Shown in pieces: positions 28,404 to 35,600 of a DNA stretch of 64,000 nucleotides. Positions within the stretch are counted from its first letter, which is position 1; each line of letters starts with the position of its first letter. Under the pieces are notes generated by a model. That model saw nothing but the letters and a program-made list of their open reading frames with translations, was not told where the DNA came from and made no database searches. The translations under genes and the position numbers were made by a program. The stretch is from Dermatophilaceae bacterium (lineage in GTDB: Bacteria; Actinomycetota; Actinomycetes; Actinomycetales; Dermatophilaceae). The stretch spans positions 11,688 to 75,687 of the forward strand of contig JBHEPF010000127.1 in NCBI GenBank assembly GCA_046260445.1, written 5' to 3'.

Positions 28404-29267
28404 TCACCGTGGTCGGCTTCGGGTGGCGACCGCCTCGTCGAGCATCCGTCGGCGCCAGGCCTCGATGACCTCGACCTGGTTGAACGTGAAGACGTGGAGG
28501 CCCTCGACGCCCAATGTCTCGTTCGTCGCCAGGGCCGCGACGCGGTGGACGAACCGGTCGGTGGAGAAGCCCGGACTGGCGATCCGGGCGAAGACCGACC
28601 CCTGCTTGCGCAGGAAACGGAGCGATTCTCCGACCCCGATCTTCGTCGCCATGCCGAGCAGCTTCGTGCGCTCGACGGGGCCCGGGAGGCCGACGAGGAT
28701 AGGGAGGGTGACCCCGCGGCGCCGCACCCGCTCGGCCCACGTGGCGAGGCGCTCGACGTCGAAGGTCATGTTCGAGACGATGTGCGTCGCGTACGGGCGC
28801 TTGTCCCACATCGCCTGCACCGTGACGTCGTCGTCGATCGTCGGGTGTGACTCGGGGTAGCCCGTGATGCCCACCTGGGTGAAGTGGTGGCCCATCTCGT
28901 CGAGGCCGCGCAGGAGGTCGAGGGCGCCGTGGTACGGACCGGCCGGCGGATCGGCGTCGCCGGCGGGCACGAAGACCGCCGAGACGTCGTGCTCCTTCAG
29001 CCGCGAGACGATGTCGGCGAGCTCCTCGCGGCCCGACACCATCCTGGCCGCTAGGTGTGGCACGACGGTGTAGCCGGAGTCGGCGAGCGAGGTGGCCAGG
29101 TCCAGGGTGGCTGCCAGGCCTTTGCTGGGGGCGGCGGTCACCGTGAGCGGCACTGATGAGGGGACGTGCTCTCGGACCGTATCGGCGATCGTGGCCGTGG
29201 GCATGACCTCGTATCGCGCACCCTTCAGCAGGCGGGTGAGGGCGACGGTTGGCAACTCGTTGCTCAT
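28404..29267 (-). CDS. metF: 5,10-methylenetetrahydrofolate reductase
   Basis: Track ORF 28404..29537. The in-frame ATG at 29267 gives MSNELPTVALTRLLKGARYEVMP, followed by an MTHFR-like sequence (GITGYPESHP, TFDVERL, GLPGPV). Confidence 0.85.
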   Translation of the reverse strand: MSNELPTVALTRLLKGARYEVMPTATIADTVREHVPSSVPLTVTAAPSKGLAATLDLATSLADSGYTVVPHLAARMVSGREELADIVSRLKEHDVSAVFVPAGDADPPAGPYHGALDLLRGLDEMGHHFTQVGITGYPESHPTIDDDVTVQAMWDKRPYATHIVSNMTFDVERLATWAERVRRRGVTLPILVGLPGPVERTKLLGMATKIGVGESLRFLRKQGSVFARIASPGFSTDRFVHRVAALATNETLGVEGLHVFTFNQVEVIEAWRRRMLDEAVATRSRPR

Positions 29268-29752
29268 CGTGCAACCTGTCTCGTCATGCGCACCGGATGG
29301 CGCACAGCCTAGGGGTCGTCGGTCGTCGGCGCTAGCGTCTGGGCTCATGAGTCCTGGGCGGGCCCTGACGATGCCGGAGCCGAGCAGCCCGCGCTGCCCC
29401 ATTCGGGCGTGCCGCACCGCCGTGTGCCGCGAGCCCGAGCACGCTCCTGCTCCTGGGTGGCCGGTCCGCGGCCCCACCGAATCCGGTATCGCCACCGTCC
29501 CCGCCCTCCCCGCTCGACAACGCGGTGCACAACGCACCGTGCCGCCGGTGGGGTGTCGTGTGGCCAGATCGCCGCGTAGGCCGGACCTATCCGAGCCGCC
29601 GACCAGAGTCGGAACGGCCGGGCAGGATTTTTCTCAGTGACCCACGCACGTGAGCGAGCGAAGCTTTGGCCCGCAACCAGCGCAACCGGACCGACCTCGC
29701 ACAGCTCGAGTCCATCAGGGAGCTTGCACCCGGTCCCGTCGAGGGATCGGCG

Positions 29753-30019
29753 CTAGACCTGCTTGCGTCCGATGGCCAGCCCGTAGACGACGATGAGCAC
29801 AGCCGCGGCGACGACGCCGGCGACGAACGGGATGACCTCGAAGCCCCCGGACCCTTCATATCCGAACCGGTAGACGACCCAGCTCCCGACGAGGGAGCCG
29901 AGGATGCCGAGGATGACCGTGACGAGTAGGGAGATGCTCTGCCGGCCGGGGAGGATGAGCCGAGCCACGGCACCGATGATCGCGCCCAGGATGATGGCGC
30001 TGATGATGGTGAAGAACAT
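29753..30019 (-). CDS. GlsB/YeaQ/YmgE-family small membrane stress protein
   Basis: 88 aa, MFFTIISAIILGAIIGAVARLILPGRQ..., with three hydrophobic helices and G-rich packing motifs. Confidence 0.8.
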   Translation of the reverse strand: MFFTIISAIILGAIIGAVARLILPGRQSISLLVTVILGILGSLVGSWVVYRFGYEGSGGFEVIPFVAGVVAAAVLIVVYGLAIGRKQV

Positions 30020-30052
30020 CGAGTGGGCTCCCGTCGGTCGGGGTGCGCCGCG

Positions 30053-30292
30053 CTAGCGGGGGACCGGGACGGTGCCGAAGCCGACGCGGCCCTTCTCGGA
30101 GTCGCCGAACTGGACGTAGCCCAGGGCTGCGGTGGGCACGAGGACCTCGCGACCTCGGGAGTCGGTGAGAGAGAGCACGCCTGCGTCGTCGGTGAGTGCC
30201 GACCGCACTGCGGCCGCGACCTCCTCGGCGCTCTGGTCGGTCTCGATGCTCAGCTCGCGCGCGACGTTCTGTACGCCGATCTTGACCTCCAC
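30053..30292 (-). CDS. DUF3107 protein (TB9.4 / Rv3208A-like)
   Basis: Track ORF 30053..30508. The GTG at 30292 gives VEVKIGVQNVARELSIETDQSAEEV..., the conserved small protein found next to this TetR regulator in actinobacteria. Confidence 0.7.
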   Translation of the reverse strand: MEVKIGVQNVARELSIETDQSAEEVAAAVRSALTDDAGVLSLTDSRGREVLVPTAALGYVQFGDSEKGRVGFGTVPVPR

Positions 30293-30386
30293 GGGTGACT
30301 TCCTTTCAGTGCCATCGCGGTTCGGTGCCGAACCGGTCGGGCGACGGGGGACGGGTCCCGCAAGAGGGGACGAGTTCGTGCCTAGG

Positions 30387-31073
30387 CTAACCCGCTGCGC
30401 CGGTGGATTCTTCCCCCGCCACGACGAGGGCCGGGTTCTCGGGCATCCCCGTGGGGAATCCGGACACCCCGCGCCAGGCGAGCTGTCCGACGAGGTGGGC
30501 GGCGACATGCTTCGGGATGGTCGAGCCCTGCGCCAGCCAGTGGCGGGCCGAGACCTGAGCCAGTCCGGCGAGCGCGACCGCCATGAGCAGTGCCTGGTCG
30601 GCGTCGAGGCCGCCTGCCGTGTCCTCGACGATCGCCTCGGCGATCGCGACGGCGCAGGCGTCGGTCACCCCGTCGAGCCGGTCGCGGACCCGGGGCTCGC
30701 TCGTGAGATCCGACTCGAAGACCATCCGGAAGGCCGCGTCCTCTCGGGAGACGAAGTCGAAGTACGCCTCGATCGTGGCGAAGACCCGTGACTTGGCCGA
30801 CTCGGCCGGAGTGTGCAGAGCGTCCCGCACCAGCGACTCGAGGGTGCCGCAGTGTTGGTCGAGGAGAGCGAGATAGAGGTCGAGCTTGCCTGGAAAGTGC
30901 TGATAGAGCACGGGCTTGGACACGCCCGCCCGATCGGCGATGTCGTCCATGCCTGAGGAGTGGTAGCCGGCTCCGGCGAAGACGGACTGCGCAGCTTCGA
31001 GCAGCTGGGCCCGGCGTGCGGATCGGGGGAGTCGTGGGCTGCGGCTGTTGCCAAGGGCCTGGCCGGTGCTCAT
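30387..31073 (-). CDS. TetR-family transcriptional regulator
   Basis: Track ORF 30387..31145, with an ATG at 31073. The HTH is AGYHSSGMDDIADRAGVSKPVLYQHFPGKLDLY. Confidence 0.85.
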   Translation of the reverse strand: MSTGQALGNSRSPRLPRSARRAQLLEAAQSVFAGAGYHSSGMDDIADRAGVSKPVLYQHFPGKLDLYLALLDQHCGTLESLVRDALHTPAESAKSRVFATIEAYFDFVSREDAAFRMVFESDLTSEPRVRDRLDGVTDACAVAIAEAIVEDTAGGLDADQALLMAVALAGLAQVSARHWLAQGSTIPKHVAAHLVGQLAWRGVSGFPTGMPENPALVVAGEESTGAAG

Positions 31074-31190
31074 CCGCTCTCCTCTCAGCCGTGCCGGGCC
31101 GATGCCGGGCCGATATGGGTGTCGCTGCCTCGGTGGCACCGTCACGTGACGACCACTCTAGGGCGACGGTGCGCGACTATCGTGCACCGT

Positions 31191-32330
31191 ATGCAGGTCG
31201 GACCGCTCGTCGAACCCTCGCCCGCACTGAGTGGGCCTGAGCGGGAGAGGTATGCGCGGCATACGCGGCTGGTGGAGATCGGGGAGGTGGGCCAGCGTCG
31301 GCTCGCGGCCGCGCGCGTGCTCGTCGTCGGTGCCGGTGGCCTGGGCTCTCCGGCACTCACATATCTGGCCGCGGCCGGAGTCGGGAGGATCGGCATCGTC
31401 GACGACGATGTCGTCGAGCTCTCCAACCTCCACCGGCAGCCGCTCCACGGTGATCCCGACATCGGCAGAGCCAAGGTCGACTCGGCCGCAGACCGGCTCC
31501 GGGAGATCAACCCTCATGTCACTGTCCGCACCCACCGGCACCGCCTCACCGGCGACAACGCGCAGGAGCTGGTCGCCGCATACGACCTCGTCGTGGACGG
31601 CGCGGACAACTTCGCCACTCGGTACCTCGTCACCGATGCGTGCGGCCTGGCCCGGATCCCGCACGTGTGGGCCTCGATCAACACCTTCGCCGGACAGCTG
31701 AGCGTGTGGTGGGCCGGCCACGGACCGTGCTACCGCTGCGTCTTCCCGGAGGCGCCGCCGCCCGGATCCGTGGCCTCATGCGCGGAGGCAGGGGTGCTCG
31801 GCGTCCTTCCGGGCGTCATGGGTGCGCTCCAGGCGGCCGAGGCGATCAAGCTGATCACCGGCGTCGGGGACGTGGCGGTCGGCCGCATCGTTCTGCACGA
31901 CGCGCTCGCGGGCAGCTGGGACGAGGTGCCGGTCCGGGCGCGCCGGGACTGTGCTCTCTGTGGTGAGAACCCGACGGTCACCGAGGTCGTCGGTGTCGAT
32001 GACCGTCTCGAGGTGCCGACGGTCACCCCCTCGGCTGTCGCTGATCTCGTCGGTGGTCCGGGCGTCGTCTTCCTCGACGTCCGGGAGGCGAGTGAGTTCG
32101 GCGAGGGTCGGATCGAGCCGTCGGTGCACATCCCGTTGCGCGACCTCGTCGGAGGCGGTGCGGCCGAGCAGGTGGGGGTTTGGCGTGGTCACGGCGACCG
32201 GATCGTCGTCTACTGCCGCAGCGGGGTGCGGAGCGCCCGGGCCGCGGCCTACCTCCTCGACGAGGGCGTTTCGCGTGTCGAGTCGCTCGACGGCGGCATC
32301 CTCGCGTGGGAAGGGCACGCGCGCGACTGA
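31191..32330 (+). CDS. moeZ: MoeB/ThiF-type adenylyltransferase with a C-terminal rhodanese domain (MoeZ-like)
   Basis: Track ORF 30960..32330, with an ATG at 31191. It has VLVVGAGGLGSPALTYLAAAGVG, cysteine pairs PCYRC and CALC, and a rhodanese active-site loop VVYCRSGVRS. Confidence 0.85.
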   Translation: MQVGPLVEPSPALSGPERERYARHTRLVEIGEVGQRRLAAARVLVVGAGGLGSPALTYLAAAGVGRIGIVDDDVVELSNLHRQPLHGDPDIGRAKVDSAADRLREINPHVTVRTHRHRLTGDNAQELVAAYDLVVDGADNFATRYLVTDACGLARIPHVWASINTFAGQLSVWWAGHGPCYRCVFPEAPPPGSVASCAEAGVLGVLPGVMGALQAAEAIKLITGVGDVAVGRIVLHDALAGSWDEVPVRARRDCALCGENPTVTEVVGVDDRLEVPTVTPSAVADLVGGPGVVFLDVREASEFGEGRIEPSVHIPLRDLVGGGAAEQVGVWRGHGDRIVVYCRSGVRSARAAAYLLDEGVSRVESLDGGILAWEGHARD

Positions 32331-32335
32331 GTCGC

Positions 32336-32376
32336 GTCAGGCGGTGGCTCGTCAGGCGGTGGCTCGTCAGGCGGTG
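32336..32376. repeat. intergenic tandem repeat, 15-nt unit GTCAGGCGGTGGCTC in 2.7 copies
   Basis: Perfect copies lie at 32336-32350 and 32351-32365, with a partial copy at 32366-32376. The repeat sits between the moeZ stop (32330) and the adnA start (32403). Confidence 0.85.
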
Positions 32377-32402
32377 TCGGTGGGACGTGATGGGATCGAG
32401 TC

Positions 32403-35400
32403 ATGCCCCTCTTCGTGCCGAATGACGAGCAGCGCGCCGCGATCGACCATCGCGGCGGCGTGCTGCGCGTGCTCGGCGCGCCACGCACCGGCAAGACCGA
32501 GACGGCCGTCGGGCTCGTCCTCGACCGCATCCGGGCCGGTGAGGTCGCGACCGACCAGGTGCTCCTCCTAGCGAGCACCCGCCACGCCGCCGCCAGGGTG
32601 CGGCGTCGCGTCATGGTCGAGCTCGGCGGCACCGCGACCACCCCCGTTGCTCGGACGGCTTCGTCCCTGGCGTTCGGGATCCTCCGGCAGCGGGCCGCCG
32701 TCCTCGGTGACCCGCCTCCCCGGCTGCTCAACGGCCCCGAGCAGGACATCGTCATCCGCGACCTGCTGGCCGGCCACGCGAGCGGCGACGTCTCCGCGCC
32801 GCCCTGGCCGGAGCGCGTCCGAGGAGCGCTGCAGACCCGCGCCTTCCGCGCCGAGCTGCGTGATCTGCTCATGCGGGCCGTGGAGAACTCCCTCGGGGGC
32901 GCAGACCTCCACGAGCTCGGTGTCGAGTACGACGTCCCGGAGTGGCGCGCAGGGGCCCACGTCCTCGAAGAGTACGACCGCGTGACGGCGCTCGCCACCC
33001 CCGGGTCCTACGACCCGGCCTGGATCGTCGCTGCCGCCGGCGAGACCCTCCTCGACGACCCGGCCCTGGCGGCGATGGTGCGCGCCGACCTGCGTCTGGT
33101 CGTGGTCGACGATGCACACGAGCTCACCCCTGGGTCGGCCCGGCTCGTCGCGACGATCGCCGGGATCCCGTCCGCGCACCCCCTCGACGTCATCCTGCTC
33201 GGTGACCCGGACGCGACCGTGCAGTCCTTCCGCGGCGCGGACCCCACCATCCTCGCGGGAGGCGCGACAGCGCCCGTCGAGTGGTCGAGCCTGTCGCGGA
33301 CGGGGGTGACGAGAACGATCCGACTGCGCACCGCATACCGTCCGCAGGAGCTCATCGACGCCGGCAGGCGGGTGGCCGGCGCGATCGGCAGCGTCGGGGA
33401 GGTCGAGCACCGTGAGGTGGCTGCCGCTCCGGACGTCGGCACCGGCTCGGTGGAGACCCACCTGCTCCGCACTCCTTCCGCTGAGGCCGCCTATGTCGCA
33501 TCTCGTGTCCGCGACGCGGTGCTGCACGACGGCCGCAGCTGGTCCGACATCGCCGTCATCGTGCGCGGCCGCCGGCGCAGCGACGCCATCCGGCGGGCAC
33601 TGGCCGTCGCCGATGTGCCGGTCGCAGCCGACGCTGCCGAGCTGCCCGTCCGGGACGAGCCCGCAGTCCGCCCTCTCCTGCAGGTCCTCGGCGCGGTTCT
33701 CGACGGGAGTCACGGTGCCGAGGACGGGGGACTGACCCCCGACCTCGTCGTCGACCTGCTCGGGTCGCGGATCGGGGGCACGGATGCGGTGCAGCTGCGG
33801 AGACTGCGTCGTCGGCTACGTCAGGTCGAGCTCGGCGCTGGAGGCTCCAGGCCGAGTGATGCGCTCCTGGTCGAGGCGGTCCGGCGGCCCCTCGTCCTTC
33901 AGGACATCGGCGTCGAGGCGACCGGTGCCCGGCGAGTCGCAGCCGCCTACGGCGCAGGACTGGCCACCCTCGCCGTCCTCGACGAGGCAGCCCGGCCGGT
34001 CCGTCGCGGCGGCGTGCTCGTCGAGGACGTCCTCTGGGCGATGTGGTCGGCTCTCCAGCTCGCCCCCCGGTGGCGGGGTGCCGCGCTCGCCGGGGGAGCG
34101 GCCGGGGCCCGTGCCGACCGTGACCTCGACGCGGTGCTTGCGCTCTTCGACGCGGCGACCCGATTCTCCGACCGGCTCGTCCGCGCCGACCCGGCAGCCT
34201 TCCTCGCCCACATCGAGGAGCAGGAGGTGGCCGGAGACACTCTCGCCGTCCGCTCACCCCTGGGAGACTCGGTGGCCGTGCTCACCCCGGCTGGAGCGGC
34301 CGGGCAGGCATGGCCCGTCGTCATCGTCGCCGGCGTGCAGGACGGCATCTGGCCCGACACTCGACTGCGCGGGCTGCTCCTGCGCAGCAGCGAGCTCGTC
34401 GACCGCGTGCGTGGCCGCCCGTGGTCGTGGCGCTCGGCCGCCGCTGCCGTCCGCCACGACGAGACCAGGCTCTTCCACGTCGCCGCCACCCGGGCCACCG
34501 AGCGACTCATCGTCACAGCGGTGCGCGATGAGACCGACCTGCCTTCTCCCTACGTCACCCTCGTCGACGGCACCGGCGGACTGCACGAGCGAGACCTCAC
34601 CGAGGTGACCGACCCGACCACTCAACGAGAGCTCGTCGCCTGGCTGCGACGTCAGCTTTCGGAGACGGCCCCGGGACAGGAGCCGGACCGAGCCGTCATC
34701 GCCGGTCTCGCTCGCCTAACAGCGGCCGGGGTGCAGGGCGCCGATCCCGTCCAGTGGTGGAGTCGCCGGAGGACGACGAGCACCCGTCCGCTCGCTCCAG
34801 CCGACCTGCCCGTCGAGGTCTCCCCGTCCCGGATCCAGGCATTCCACGACTGCCCGCTCCAGTGGCTGCTCACGACCCGGGGCGGAGACGGCCCGCCGAT
34901 GGGGTCCTCCGCGCTCGGGACCCTCATCCACGACATCGCGAGAGACCTCGGCGACGCCCCGGTCGACGAACTCGTCGCCGAGGTCGACGCGCGCTGGGGG
35001 CGGCTCGGTCTGACCCCCGGGTGGGTGACGGAGCGCTCCCGGACTCTGGCGCACGAGATGGTGCGGCGGCTCGGCACCTACTTCGAGCAGGCTGCCGCGG
35101 ACGGCTGGACCAAGGTCGGTGCCGAGGTGTCGATGCGGGTCGCTCTGGGTCGTGCCGTCCTGCGCGGACAGGTCGACCGGATCGAGATGGACGGTGCGGG
35201 ACAGATCCGGATCCTCGACTACAAGACCGGCTCGAGCCGACCACGCAAGGCGGACCTGCCGCGCAACGCCCAGCTCGGGGCCTACCAGGTGGCGCTCGTC
35301 GAGGATGGCTTCGCCGAGCACCTCGCGCAGCCGTCGGCCGCCTCGACACCGCAGCCGCCGCGGTCCGCCGGTGCAGCGCTCATCCAGGTCGGCAAGTGCG

Positions 35401-35600
35401 TCACGTCCGGTCCCGCGCTCGACCCCCAGCCGCCCCTGCACGACGACGAGGACCCGCGGTGGGCGCACACTCTCGTCGACGCGACGGCCGAGGCCATGGC
35501 GGCCGCCGGTTTCCTCGCGCGACCCGAGGAGCAACGTTGCCAACGATGCCCCGTCCGGCGCACCTGCCCGGCCCAGCCGGAGGGGGCGGCGCTGGCATGA
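32403..35600 (+). CDS. adnA: helicase-nuclease subunit AdnA (UvrD-like motor plus C-terminal RecB-type nuclease)
   Basis: 1065 aa with Walker A GAPRTGKTE and a C-terminal nuclease region (RGQVDRIEMD...ILDYKTG) ending in a Cys cluster, CQRCPVRRTC. Its stop overlaps the adnB start (ATGA). Confidence 0.8.
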   Translation: MPLFVPNDEQRAAIDHRGGVLRVLGAPRTGKTETAVGLVLDRIRAGEVATDQVLLLASTRHAAARVRRRVMVELGGTATTPVARTASSLAFGILRQRAAVLGDPPPRLLNGPEQDIVIRDLLAGHASGDVSAPPWPERVRGALQTRAFRAELRDLLMRAVENSLGGADLHELGVEYDVPEWRAGAHVLEEYDRVTALATPGSYDPAWIVAAAGETLLDDPALAAMVRADLRLVVVDDAHELTPGSARLVATIAGIPSAHPLDVILLGDPDATVQSFRGADPTILAGGATAPVEWSSLSRTGVTRTIRLRTAYRPQELIDAGRRVAGAIGSVGEVEHREVAAAPDVGTGSVETHLLRTPSAEAAYVASRVRDAVLHDGRSWSDIAVIVRGRRRSDAIRRALAVADVPVAADAAELPVRDEPAVRPLLQVLGAVLDGSHGAEDGGLTPDLVVDLLGSRIGGTDAVQLRRLRRRLRQVELGAGGSRPSDALLVEAVRRPLVLQDIGVEATGARRVAAAYGAGLATLAVLDEAARPVRRGGVLVEDVLWAMWSALQLAPRWRGAALAGGAAGARADRDLDAVLALFDAATRFSDRLVRADPAAFLAHIEEQEVAGDTLAVRSPLGDSVAVLTPAGAAGQAWPVVIVAGVQDGIWPDTRLRGLLLRSSELVDRVRGRPWSWRSAAAAVRHDETRLFHVAATRATERLIVTAVRDETDLPSPYVTLVDGTGGLHERDLTEVTDPTTQRELVAWLRRQLSETAPGQEPDRAVIAGLARLTAAGVQGADPVQWWSRRRTTSTRPLAPADLPVEVSPSRIQAFHDCPLQWLLTTRGGDGPPMGSSALGTLIHDIARDLGDAPVDELVAEVDARWGRLGLTPGWVTERSRTLAHEMVRRLGTYFEQAAADGWTKVGAEVSMRVALGRAVLRGQVDRIEMDGAGQIRILDYKTGSSRPRKADLPRNAQLGAYQVALVEDGFAEHLAQPSAASTPQPPRSAGAALIQVGKCVTSGPALDPQPPLHDDEDPRWAHTLVDATAEAMAAAGFLARPEEQRCQRCPVRRTCPAQPEGAALA

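Noticed and set aside
29268-29640. Cobalamin, SAM-IV, THF or ZTP riboswitch upstream of metF
   Set aside because: Reading the minus strand, I could not find the B12 box, the GGCAACC-type SAM core or the ZTP pseudoknot consensus. It is reported only as an unexplained gap.
32336-32376. CRISPR-like array (also considered for 61495..61526 and the NEPTDP/KEPTDP coding repeat at 53296..53331)
   Set aside because: The units are contiguous with no spacers, number only 2-3 copies of 15-18 nt, and there are no cas genes. They are simple tandem duplications, or in one case a coding low-complexity repeat.
34754-35596. 281-codon N-terminal extension of the adnB reading frame
   Set aside because: It overlaps the adnA 3' half out of frame and is R/P/G-rich. 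The ATG at 35597 overlaps the adnA stop (ATGA) and yields the canonical helicase N-terminus.
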